Assembly: GCF_018977255.1 (NCBI RefSeq) | Contig: NW_024704748.1 | Span: 19,468,001-19,532,000, forward strand | Direction: 5' to 3' | Source of the DNA: Callorhinchus milii | Lineage: Eukaryota | DNA: 64,000 bases | Part shown: piece after piece, positions 1-12,350 of the stretch | Numbering within the stretch: position 1 is the stretch's first letter | How the letters are laid out: each line of letters begins with the position of its first letter | Notes under the pieces: model-generated | Seen by the model: only the letters and a program-made list of their open reading frames with translations | Databases searched by the model: none | What the model was told of the DNA's origin: nothing | Position numbers and translations under genes: made by a program

Positions 1-416
1 CAAGGCAATGTTTACTGAAAGGCAATGCAAACAACTTCCTGTAATTGATTTCAACAGGAAAAAGTTGGAGATAATCCAAACTGTGCTGAAACAAAGAGGT
101 AAGGGATGTCATGCGTTACAAAAAACATGTTTGCAATGTCCTAAATAACTTGATAGTAGACTTTTCATCTTGTTGAGACCAGCATTGCTGAGCAACAAAG
201 CATCCTTCAATGTCTGGATCTGCTCATTCTATGCATTTTCAGATGAAAACAAATTAATTTGGACAGATGTTTGTTGTACAATTGATTAAGGAACCAAAAG
301 CTTACTTTCAATGTAGATTTAGTTAACTGTATATAGAACATTCAGGTGTTTAAATAAATATTCAATTTTTAATGAGATTTTAATGAGAAAAGTGATGACA
401 ATTTAAAATTAGTTAC

Positions 417-3400
417 CTTTTCGGCTTCCTCCAGTTGTTGATTTGCCAAGTTTTCAGTTGATTTTCTGTACACATCTAGTTCTGCAATTCAAAAGGAGTG
501 CATTTAGTTACATTTATAAATCTACGCAAGATATAGGAGTAGATAATTTGACAATCTGATAGACAAATGCAAATGAAGATCCATTTGCATTTGATTTGAA
601 CATATGACTAATTCAAAATTAGATCAAAATTGAAAATTAAACCACTATGCAAAGCTGTAATACAATATAAAATGGCACAATGCGTTACAGCTACAATGTA
701 ATAGTATTTTTGTTGAAAGTTACCAGCGGTTTTGTTTCTCAGAGCTTCTTGAGTTTCGTGAAGTTCCTGAACTACACGAGACAATTCAGCTTTTAAATTA
801 ACAATTGTGTCCTCGGGCTCTGGAAGAGTAGTTATGTGGTGAAGGGCCAGTTCAGCATGTCTCTTGATATCGGCAACATCTGGTTCTAAAGACTCTATGT
901 ATTCCGAAACATTAATATTAACCACATTTTCCTGTTTGGAAAAATAAGACAGAAATTAATGATTTAGAATTCTAAGCAAACCATCAATGAACTTCCAATT
1001 GATTTGTAAACAAAAATCTGGAAACTGACACAGATTGACATGTCAGGGAAGTTGTGGGACTAACATATGTGAGCATCCACACATACAAAGTTGTTTGCCA
1101 AAGTTTAGAAGATTATAAATGGAAACAGTGAAGGAAAAAGAGGGAAAAAGTTTTTTTTTTGACCAAAAATCTGGAAACATTCAAATTGCCTTCAAACTAA
1201 AATGTTTAAGTCAAGATAGGTTTAGCTCAAATGACAGTAAATACATACAGGATGTTTTGCCTGTTCAGTAATGGCTTCAGTATCAGGAACAGTGTCTTTG
1301 TCAATTTCTTTATCAATTGCAGCAAAAGTTTTCACCAAGTTCTGGAAGATTTCAAATCTTTTCTCAGTCCTGTCCTCCATTAACTGCTTATCTTCCTTTA
1401 GACGATCACTGTAAAAACCCATAAAAATCTCATCTCATTCATGATAGCTTATGAATATTTATTAACACAAAAAAGTGTGTTCTGACAAAGGCAGAGAACA
1501 CATCTCACATTTTAGAGTTTCAGAACCGCTGGATCAACAGCAACAAAATTACATTTGTAATTACATTTGCATATTGCGCCTTTCACGTCCTGAGGACGTC
1601 CCAAGGATCAGTGGATAATGGAATCTTTTTTAAAAATTTTGCTACTGGTTCAAGCCCGACATCAAATCTTTGAGCTCATAGTCTAGGCAGACACTCCAAT
1701 GAAATTCCTGCAGGATATGCTACATTGTCAGAGGTGCCACCTTCAGGCGAAACATTAAATGCACCTGCCCGATTAGGCGGACGTTAAAGTTCCCCATTGG
1801 AAAAGAGAAGGGAGTTTCTCCATAACAGATCACCCAGATAAAATTGGTCATTCACTTTACAACTGTTTGACGACATTGGCAAACTCAAATTAATCTACAA
1901 TAAATCCTGTGAAGCACTTGGAGACATTTTGACAACATCATAAGTCATTATATCAAATGTAAGGATTAGAATTCTTCACGCAAATAAATACAAGCACACC
2001 CTCAGACCTTAAATTGCTTTCCCACTGTGCAATGTAGTTTTCTATTTCTTGGCCAGCTTCTTCTCGGATTTTCATCTCCATAGTCACTTTTTCTTTTTTT
2101 TCCTCAATCAGTTTATTTTTTAGGTCTTCGATGCAATGCAATAGTTTCTATGTTACACAAAAGAATAAGAATAACAAATTGTAAAGACAGAAAAACTTCT
2201 TATTTTCACAGATTTCCTAAAATATTCATTTAGACAAAAGAAAGTAAACTCAAACAAAGTACACTGAACTACAAGGCAAGAGTTTAGCACATTTTCCTTT
2301 CACTTGTCCAAAGAGACAAACTTACTCTGCCAATTGTCAAGATAATAGTAATCCTTGCATTTGATAATAGCACCTTATCACGTCTTAAAGTGCCTCACAG
2401 AATATATAGTAAAGTGAATTGACTGTATATTTTGTGGGCGAAACGCGACAGCCAATTGCAGTTGCGCACAGTAGTGTCCCACAAACAGTCATGGATTGAG
2501 TGACCAATTTATTATTATTTTTTGGAAGAAATTATTACCCCCGGAAAAGCGATCCATCAATCCACTAACAACCATGTTCCTACTTACTGCTAGGAAAACA
2601 GGCGTGGGGAATAAAGAAACTTGCCCAATGTTTCATCCTGCTGGGAATCGAACCCAGGTCTCTCGCTTGTGAGGCGAGTGCTCTCATCACTGAGCTACAG
2701 GACTCAACAATCCTAGTCAAGTAGAAGTAGAGAAAGCATTACTTGGAATTAGATACTCTAGATCTAATTTGATTGGACTTGAATGCTAAAAGTGTTTCAC
2801 CAACTCACCTTATCTGATAAACTATTGAAAAAAAATACAACTTCTGGATCCCTCATTGAAGTATTTGCTAATACTCCAACATTATAGGAAAGAATCAGTT
2901 AAAATAAATAAAAATATCATAGTTTAGTGTCTATTTGCATCAATTTACTTTGTGATTGAACGACTGAGCCATCACAACATTACCCAGTAGTAATCAATTG
3001 GTGAACTGTTCTCTTGTGAAGCATACTCGGGCCAAATTGAAAAAGTTCTTGCTTGTTTAGGATAATCATCACAAGGGAATTAATCCAGATTCATGGACTG
3101 ATTACACACCATCTTCTAGCAAATGATTTAATTATTAAATGAATTGCTCTTACTAAAAATATACCTCATATTTGTTTTTGCTTAATACAACACTCTCTTC
3201 CTCTTCTTTATCATCATCTTTATCATCGTCATCATCGTCGTCATCATCATCATCATCATCTTCATCATCATCATCTTCATCATCTTCTTTGTTCAGTTTC
3301 ACATCTGCTATGTTCTCAGTTTCAGCATCCTCATTCTCAACTTCTGCAAGATCCTCCAAGGTAGTTTCCCAAGCCATAGTTTCTCTTTTTGTCAGCAAAG

Positions 3401-6400
3401 TTTTATTTTCAGCATTGTTGATGATCATAGAAACATCTCTGGCTGATTTCTTTTGAATTAAGAGGCCTGGGCGACACTTTGAAGTATCAATGAGAACCTA
3501 AAATATAAAATGCCACTTTAGCAACTTGAAAATTGTTTCTGCTTTTAGACAGTTAGAAAACCCAAATGTTGAAGATGCTAATAACAATGAAAGCATACAA
3601 ACTAATCAATCCGCCGACTGAACCACCTTTACAACTAGGTTATAATAATAATCCTTGCATTTGATATAGCACTTTTCGTGTCTTCTAGGCATCTCGAAGC
3701 GCTTCACAGAATATACTGCAAAGTGAATTGACTGTATATTTGAGTGAAAAGTGGCAACCAATTGCACATAGCAGTGTCCCACAAACAGTCGTGGATTGAA
3801 GTGACCAATTCATTATTGTTTTTTTTCTTGAGAGATTATCAAGCATGTGGAGTAAGGAAATTTGCTCAAGATTTTGTCCTGCCGGGAATTGAACCCAGGT
3901 CTCTTGCTTGTGAGACGAGTGCTCTAACCACGGAGCTACAGGACTCCATGACTTTTCAAACATAGGTCCTAAAGGCATCTTTATTGTATATATTGCTGTA
4001 TTATTCATTTTAATTTTCATACATTAAACAAAAATGCTTATGGTTATTAGGCACAAAATTCAATTTTAAAGAAACAACTTCAGGGTTAATTACTATAAAG
4101 TGAAGGCTCTATTTTGTTGGCAAACACAGCTTTGCACCACCAGGACACCAGGAGAAACTACAATTTCTATTTGAATTACACCAGGCCTTTTTTTTTNAAC
4201 ACTTCAATTGGAACAGGCAGACAGGACGCTGGTTTAATGTCTCATCTAAAAATTGCACCTTAAACAATTCAGTACTCCTCTTGGATTGTCAGAATAGACT
4301 ACAAGTTCAAATTCCAATGTGGGGCTTAAATTCACAACTTCTAACTCAGAGGAGAGTGCTACCTACTAAATTTAGTTTGCATTCTTGCCTAGAATAAGAT
4401 TAAAATCTTCAATTCACTGACCAATTCAGATTTACTGCATTCCAAATCAAGTCATTTTTCAGACTGATTCAGGGCATGCAACAGACAAAGGTATCTCTAA
4501 CTATTGCAGAACATTAAATAGAAACAGAATGCAGCAACCAAAAAAATGTCATGTTCACTCTTGGGTTTTTGTAGTGGAACAACATAAAACGGAAGAAAAA
4601 TAACTGAAGTGGCAACTCTTCTTTGGTCAATAAACAACAGGCATAGCAAAATAATAAAATAAAATAGACATTTTTATAAATTCGTACACATTTACTATAC
4701 CTTTTGTGCCACTGCAGAGAACTTCAATCCATTCAATGTTTCATCATACATAGAAGCACACTGGTTAATATTGACAATCATGCAAGCTTTCCCTTTCCCA
4801 CAGAAAAAGCCCTGGAAGTGGCGAGTAAGCTTGCTTTCCCTGAATGGAACATGGTTGTGTGTCCTAAGACAAAACGAGAAAACATTCACAGCAAATTTAA
4901 TGAGCTAAGAATTCCTTAACACCAAAATTGGTATTTATAAATGGATAGGGATGTTAGGTTAAACATGGCCAAAATGAAGTATTGGTAATGTATTGGATGT
5001 ATCCTTCACATGATTCAGGCAAAAAAAATGAATACTATTAATATGCCTTGGTAATTTGTAAATAGCCTATTGGCAAAATGTTTTTAAAACTATGAAATAA
5101 ATGATTTTACATATATTCATGTTTTATAATACTGCAATATGTGATTTCATAGAGTTTTGCTGAACCCCCCCACCAAAAAAAAAACTTCAATTTCTATTGA
5201 ACTAACAAAATATTTGGGCCATTTTCTTCTAATTGAATCAGGGTTTGTTTAGTAGCTTGAGAACACAATTTTTATAGATTACAGAACTTGTGCTGGAAAT
5301 TACACTTGTTTATTTCCATTTGTTACTCCTACTTAATAATAAAAAAGTAGAGCCGGCCTACGGTTTATACCCCAGATCAATGAATCCTTCATAGATAATT
5401 GTTCTGTAGTCACTTTATACTATTTATTTGGCCTATGTTTACTGTCTGATAATGACTGATTGCGCTGTATGCACAAACCAGGAAAGATATAGCAAGAGAA
5501 AAGTTTCAAAAGTAAATTTCATCACTATTTAAATATGACATTAAACATTATATTTTATGGTTGCACAGACTAATACTGGCAAACAAATTAGAAGAGTTGC
5601 AATGGCAAACGTACTTTGAAAATTGATTATGCTTCAATGCATTGATGCACTTGCCAAGAATGAGCAGAGATGTGTTAATATTTCCAGCTTCTTTCAATCT
5701 GTCCCCATCATTTTCTGTTTTTGCATTTCGCTCTGAACCCGCAAGATCACAAAGGGATAATCTTTAAATATAGAAAGTAATTTTAATCAGACAATCAAGA
5801 ATTAAACTATTAATACAAGTTGAGAACCTTTCTTTCTAGATAGCTTCAAGGATACATTATAAAATATTCCAGTTAGGCTTCTAGACTAGGCATATTTGGG
5901 CTTCAGTATGGCAATGGACGGTAGTAAGTACCCTTGCTTCTCAGTCAGAAGGTTGTGGATTCAAGCCCCACAGAGGGAGTGCTGTATTATTGGAGGTGCC
6001 ATCCTTTGCATGAGATGTTAAACTGAGGTGCCGTCTGCCTGTTCAGCTAGACGTTAAAGATCCCATAGCACTATTCGAAAAGAGAAGAGAGTTTCTCTTG
6101 GTGTCCTGGCCAACAAATATGCGAAATACAAATGTCACTCACTCAATGGTGGTTTGTGGGACGCTGTTGTATGCAAACTGGCTGCCATGTGTTGCGCACA
6201 AAATACTCAGTGTATCTTGTGAAGTACTTTGAGATGTCTCGATGATGTGATAAGGCATTACATCAAGGATTATTATTAGATTTACAAATCCAATTATTAT
6301 GGAGGAAAAACCAAACAAAGAGGGGCCAAAAGACTAAGGTGCAAAGCTACTGGGAGATAATAGATCAGGTGTAGTATCACTCAGTTAGTCAGTGAGAGCA

Positions 6401-9400
6401 ACAATTGAAGTTTTACCAAATCAATACAAGTAAATAAAATGAGTAAGAACTAATAATTAGCAAATATTTTTATTAAGAATACTTCCATCTCATAAGGAGG
6501 TCATTAGCTGCATTTTATTAATGCAATACTTACTCACTGACTCTTAATACACGAAGGGGACCATCTTCCACGTGCAAAACTCTTATTGAAAATATACAGT
6601 GACTGTTGAACAAAATAAAAATGAGCAGTTTTAGAATTAAGCTAACTGCTTTAAAAGTTTTATTCAAATTTTCACAAGTGAAGATTTTTTTAAAAAAAGT
6701 TGATGTGGTGCATCAACCACCTACCTTCTACTGGAAAGATTGTTCATCTTTGTAGAAGCAATACTTTGATGCTTCCTCCCAACTTTTAAGATTTTATATG
6801 CTTCTTCTGCATTGGAAGCCTGAATCCATGTCAGGTCTACAACAAAGAATTTTAAAAAACTATCCTTCTGACAGGTTGGAAATATAAATAACAATTTATT
6901 TTACAAAGCAATGTTTATGATTGCTTGAGAAATATCTGCATGTTTATTTCTGAAAATATTGAATAGCTATGCTAAATAATTTTTTAAAAAGTTCAATTTA
7001 ACAGTAATTTTGAAAATAGTTTATATAGGAATTATCCATTTACCTTTCACATAAGGGTTGCCTTTGGCATCCTGAGCAAGGCGAAGCATTTTTCTTTTTT
7101 GATTCTTGTGTGGAATTGGGTCCAGTAAATCATAAATAGTTTCATTGTATATTTCAAAAAATGAAACCCAGACTGAAAATACGACATTCTGTGGAGCATC
7201 AATTTGGACCCTTTCAGATTCCTTTAACGGTTCAGCAAAGTATACTGGAATATTAAACGTGTTGTGCAAACTTCCTGCTTAAAGAGAAAATGTTTTAATA
7301 ACTCAGCTAAAGATATGTATTCCTAACTTATCCTAGAATTTATAAGGAAACCAAATTTGATAACTTGTAATTGTGCTAAAGAAATTTAAGTGTAATGACT
7401 AGAAATAATCAATGTTCTAGCGTTTTAAGTACCTAAAAGTTAAATTATAAAAAAANCTATAATACTTCTTGCTTGTCTAAAATTGAATGTGTATGTAGCC
7501 TTCAGATAGCCCAAACTGTACACCAGTGAGCTTTGTCAAAATTGTTTCAAATTCCACAATTTACATTACAGCAACATGCATTATATAGCACTCTTCACAC
7601 AGGATAGCATTTCCGGAGTGCCTAACCATGGCAGAGCTTAATGCCAAACCAGGGACAGGTGACCGTAGGAATCTATCATGGAATTGAATCGGGTTTCCAA
7701 TTTTACATAAAGACAGGTGGTTAATTACATTTATCCAACTTACTTTCAGTAGTATCCACTGAACTCTGGTGATTGCTACCATTGCATTGATCACTCTGCC
7801 AAAAAAAGGAAAAAAATGCAATTGACAATAAACACCAGCAGTCAAAAAATCCTCATTGCTCCATCCCCCAAAATAACCATTTCCTCCTTCTTAGAGGTAG
7901 TCCGTATCAGCAAAATAGGAAACCAGAACCTCTAAAATGGCTAGGTTTTTAGCATTCTCAATTGCTGGCCCATGAGTATGAAAACCCAACATTACCCTTA
8001 GGTTAGCCTTCTTTACATGTAACAGGAATACGTTCAAAATCTTAAATGGCAATCATTTTCTACATGAAAGACGGTAGGCCTACAGATCATTAGTTTTCTT
8101 TTGGCAACAGCCAAGTAAACAGAGTCCGAGATTTCTTAGCCAGATAATTGCATGCATTCTTTATCCTGAAAAATTAGGAACAAATTAAGCCAATCCTAAT
8201 ACAGGACATTTAATTGAAGCAGGTATTAGCATAAAAAACAAGAATAATTTTAAATTAATTTACTTCTCTGAAATGGTGAAGTACTGAGTTTTTATGAATC
8301 GCCTCTTCTTTTACTTGAGTTTCTGTTAATTTGCAAAAATCAATGGATCTCTGCGGTTTAATGTTCATTTTTTGATACATTTTTCCTTGGATACTGTTGA
8401 ACAAAACACACATGGTCCGTGGCAAGATACCAACATCATGGTCTGGACCTAAAACAAAGAGAATTGTTCCAATACAATAGTCACTGGCTTGATAAGTTAG
8501 AACAATTTTTCTATTAAAACTGTTCTCTTCAAAATAAAGTTCAAACCTTGAAATGTGTAGGTTTTCCCTGCATTGGTAACACCATACGTAAAAACCAAAC
8601 ACTTTTGTCTATTCATAACTTCCTCAATGAGTGGTTTTACTGTTCCATCAAATATTTCTTTCTGTTTAGTCTCTGGTCCAAAAACCTAAGATGCGGTTGA
8701 AGTGAAAGGGAGTCATATATGTAATAAAATGATCTTATTCCCAATAAGTAAAGTAGCCATTATTCATTCAAGTGTGATATTTGACCTTGCCCGAGAGTTC
8801 AAAAGAGAGAAATAGAAGAAAAATAGCCATTATTCTTGGCCCATTGTCAGAGAATCTATTCCACCAAACTTACGTTTACTCACATAGTGATAAATATAAT
8901 TCACTTGAGTCAAACCATTTGCATTGGATAGCTCACAAATGCTTGAAAGATAATAATAATAATCCTTGCATTTGATATAGCGCTTTTCACGTCGGGAGGA
9001 CTTCCCAAAGCGTTTCACAGAACACACTGTAAAGTGAATTGACTGTATATTTGTGGGCGGAGGCGGCAGCCAATTACGCACAGCAATGTCCCACAAACAG
9101 TCGTAGATAGAAAATGACCAATTTATTATTGTTTTGGGTTTTTGGAGGGTTTATTATTAGGCGTGTGGAGTAAGGAAACTTGCCCAAGGTTTCACCCTGC
9201 CTGGAATTGAACTCGGGTCTCTCACTTGCAAAGCGAGTGCTCTAACCATTGAGCTACAGGACTCCACACTGAGCTACAGGACTCCACAGATTGCATTTAA
9301 TGTGCGTTCCAAACAATATCTTCTTCCTGGCTCTGAACTCCTGTATACCAAAAGTTGCAAAATCAATGGAAGTTCAGTCTGTACTGAAATACCAGGCTCA

Positions 9401-10300
9401 CTATTCTGATTATTCCATACTACAAGGCTTGGAAACAGAGTCCACCCAAACCAACCCGAGATGAGTGATAGCAACAATACACATCACCAAAGATGCATAA
9501 AACGTACTATTTCAACTATCCTTCTCTTGGTCAGTTATTTAAGCCTACTCCACTGTCCTGTTTGTTGGCAATCAGATAGAATATTTATGCGTCAAGTTAA
9601 GATGACCATATTATGCAATATTTTACAACGGTACACAATAGTAGGATTAGCTATAAAGTCTTGATTAAAACAGTACCAATTAATCCTCATCATGAAATAA
9701 ACATTAAACAATAATATAAACTACTTGACATGGTGAGAACATTTCTTACTTACATGAGAAAATGTAAACCGCTGAGCCACCTGGCCGATTCCTCGATCAT
9801 TACATCGAGAACTCATGGAATTTCTGGGAGCTTTCAGAATCACACTAGTTGGGTTTTCTATTGCAATACAATCCTAGAGTGAAAGTGAATGTGAGTGATA
9901 ATGCAATTCTCACTAGTTAAAGATGTTTACTTTTCATTAAAGAGCAAGCTCACTGACCTGAGATTCATGTTGTGCTATTTCAGTTTCAGTGAAAGGTCGA
10001 ATACGAAGGTAAACAAGCATATGTTTCTTCGAAATCAAACTGGGTTGCTGGAGAACCTGTAAAGTATACATATAAATAATTGCAAACACATGAATAATTA
10101 GAAAACTTTCAACTAGAAAAGGAAAAGTCCAAATTGTTGCATCCACTGACCGCTTGCGATGAACTCGAATTTTCTTCTCTGCTAAGTTCACGGTCCAGAT
10201 CCTTTCTGATGTCCTCAAAACATTCACTGGAAGCCATTTCGGCTCCATCACTTCCATTTCTGTACAGTTCAGTGAATTCTGCATTCTGTACTGGCTCCAT
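417..10300 (-). CDS. KIF20B: Kinesin-6 family motor KIF20B (MPP1), 5' part; 3' end unresolved
   Basis: Phase-consistent GT-AG exons on minus: 10300-10151, 10056-9958, 9873-9754, 8685-8547, 8448-8264, 7795-7744, 7274(or 7277)-7044, 6836-6725, 6602-6534, 5761-5615, 4863-4701, 3497-3165, 2147-2008, 1408-1249, 931-724, 481-417 (about 791 aa). Motifs: VYLRIRP, P-loop [15 protein letters not shown], switch I NNLSSRSH, switch [18 protein letters not shown], long L6 insert, then coiled coil. KIF20B rather than KIF20A from synteny with RPP30/ANKRD1/PCGF5. Confidence 0.92.
1640..1950 (+). mobile_element. Old Deu-domain SINE (SacSINE1/AmnSINE1-like), degenerate
   Basis: GGTTCAAGCCC B box; tgtcagaggtgccaccttcaggcgaaacattaaa...gttaaagttccc resembles the Deu core. 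Confidence 0.6.
2345..2706 (-). mobile_element. tRNA-derived SINE, long variant
   Basis: Head GAGTCCTGTAGCTCAGTG...GGTTCGATTCCC and tail ATCAAATGCAAGGATTA on minus; extra central segment compared with the short copies. Confidence 0.85.
3195..3290 (-). repeat. Coding (GAT/GAC/GAA)n trinucleotide repeat encoding a poly-Asp/Glu tract in KIF20B
   Basis: (TCA)n-like run on plus; translates on minus to [32 protein letters not shown] inside exon 3497-3165. Confidence 0.9.
3643..3947 (-). mobile_element. tRNA-derived SINE
   Basis: Full-length match to the family copy at 31603-31920. Confidence 0.9.
5905..6280 (+). mobile_element. Deu-domain SINE (older family)
   Basis: tRNA-like head; Deu-type core ggaggtgccatcctttgcatgagatgttaaactgagg...gttaaagatcccatagcactattcgaa...ggtgtcctggccaac; shared 3' tail. 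Confidence 0.75.
8950..9288 (-). mobile_element. tRNA-derived SINE with duplicated 5' head
   Basis: Family match; TGAGCTACAGGACTCCACA is tandemly repeated at 9250-9289. Confidence 0.9.
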
Positions 10301-10429
10301 TCTGGTAGATATTAAAAAACAACTTTGACAATTATTAACATTTGAAAATTACATGCAGAAATGCATCTTTGCTTAGAAATCCACTGCAGGTGCAACCAGG
10401 CCACAAAAACGCAATAAAGTGTCTGTCCG

Positions 10430-11150
10430 GTCGTTTCGGTGACCAACACTCTTGTGCCTGAATCAGAAAGTTGTTGGGTCGAAGCCTCACGTTTGGGATC
10501 TTGAGCCTCTAGTCTGGAGCGACACTCGTCGCTGGAGTGCCGAAGATCAGATTTGAAAGCGAGGTCCGTATCTGCCTGTTAATAATAATAATAATAATCC
10601 TTGCATTTGATATAGCGCTTTTCACGTCGGGAGGACGTCCCAAAGCGCTTCACAGAACACACTGTAAAGTGAATTGACTGTATATTTGTGGGCGAACGCG
10701 GCAGCCAATTGCGCACAGCAATGTCCCACAAACAGTCGTAGATTGAAAATGACCAATTTTATTATTGTTTTTGTTTTTTTTGGAGGGATTATTATTAGGC
10801 TCTGTGTGGAGTAAGGAAACTTGCCCAAGTTTTCGCCCTCTGCCTGGAATTGAACTCAGGTCTCTCGTGCTCTAACCACTGAGCTACAGGACTCCACAAG
10901 TGGATGTGTGGTAGACGCTAAAAGATCCCCAACGGCGCTATTCGAAAACTTCAAGCCAACAATCTCACAATAAAACTGGTCACTCGTTTTCATGCCCGTG
11001 TCTGGGACGTTGCTGCGCCCCCAAAACCAATAACAGCGTCTCCGGTTTACAGTCGTTACTAACCCCCGCGAAGCGCCTGATTTGAGGCAATCCCCTCTGA
11101 CCTGAACGGCGCTACACCAAACACTGTAGAAGGATTATTATTATTATTAT
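10430..11150 (+). mobile_element. Old Deu-domain SINE interrupted by a younger SINE
   Basis: The old element reads ...tctgcctgtt, then the insertion, then aagtggatg...aaagatcccc...ctattcgaa..., continuing to an (ATT)n tail. Confidence 0.65.
10581..10897 (-). mobile_element. Young tRNA-derived SINE
   Basis: Near-consensus copy with (ATT)n tail. Confidence 0.92.
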
Positions 11151-11379
11151 TATTGTGATGATGATGATGATTGTCATGAAGGCAGTGACGTTAGGCCTTT
11201 CCAACCAACCCAAAAGGAAATAATATCTGGAACCTGAAGCATTTGTTCCCAACTGACACACACACACATCTTGGCCTACAATCTGTTTGGGGAATATTTT
11301 CGGCGTGTAATATTTTACGTGCGGTGAATTGAATATTAAATGTATATTAAATGTAAGTACTCGCCTCTTTACAACGTTG

Positions 11380-12350
11380 TGCACCGGATGCTCCACGAAA
11401 TGTCGGCTCGGTCCAAATAGTACATCGAGCCCCCGGGAGTGGAAGCGAAGGGTGTTGATGGGTCGGCTCGGGTCGGTCCGGGGGCACCTCGTTAAGCTGT
11501 TCCTGACACGCGGAGGAGGCCGCTCGGTTACAGGTGGTCTGTTCAAGGGGCCGCACGGAGCCCGGACTCCATCACCGGCGACACACCCGTTGATCCAACC
11601 GTCAGTGACCGCGCTCGCGCTCCTATTTTTCAAAATCCACCAATCAGAGCGAGCGCCGGCGCACAGCATCATGGGCGGTCGCCAGGCGACTCCGGTCACA
11701 GGGTTCCTCTCCGCCGCCGCCGCCGCCGTCGTGTTCGGGAGGCAACAACAACACCGCCGCCGCCGCCGCGGGGGAAAAAAAGAAAGAGACAGACAAGAAC
11801 CACGTCGAAAGAGAACAAGAGCTACAAACCAACCCGACAGCGCCTGGGACAGAGCGAAACAAATCCCTGCGACGGGCTGGCTGCGTGCTCGTCGCACTGG
11901 ATTCTGGGAAATGTAGTTCCCCCGGATGTCGGCAGGAGGTGGGGGGGGGAACGACGACGACAACGGAGCAGCGGCGAGAGTTTCTGCTCTTCGGCGGCGC
12001 TTTTCATTTTAAAACCGGAGACCCGGGTGCAGCCGAGAGGAGAGATCTGCCTCCGCTCTGCCCCCTCCCCCCAGTTTCGACCTTGTGGGAGTTGTAGTTC
12101 GATCGCCGTGGCCGCTTCCTGCCGTTGCCCCCTGCGAAGCGGGGCATGGCGCCGTTCGTAGATTTAAACGTGTTAAATACCACCGAGAAAAAGAGGTTGC
12201 AAAGTATAATAGAAACCGCAGCCCGTCGTGAGTATGAGTCGGTTTACACTTGATGTGATTTCGGGCAGTCGGGTGCCTTGACAACACGCGGAGACCCATC
12301 ACCGGGGGCCTACACGCCAGTGGGGCCCGAGAGACTGCACGCGCTCTCCC
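11380..12350. promoter_or_regulatory. CpG-island bidirectional promoter for KIF20B (-) and RPP30 (+)
   Basis: Sharp GC/CpG enrichment between divergent genes. ZNF143/SBS-type motifs TGGATTCTGGGAAATGTAGTT (11898-11918) and TGGGAGTTGTAGTT (12086-12099); CCAAT box 11640-11644; CHR TTTGAA on minus 11629-11634; ETS-like CCGGATGT near 11922. Confidence 0.85.

Noticed and set aside
3172-3456. Plus-strand poly-Ser ORF
   Set aside because: Antisense shadow of the KIF20B poly-Asp exon.
8141-8165. 25-nt KIF20B micro-exon candidate (DKECMQLS) that would fix the phase
   Set aside because: Donor is non-canonical (GCTAAG); the 52-nt exon 7795-7744 has canonical sites and gives the required phase.
11112-11963. 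283-aa and 195-aa ORFs over the CpG island
   Set aside because: Low-complexity GC-rich frames with no recognisable domain, expected in a stop-poor promoter.
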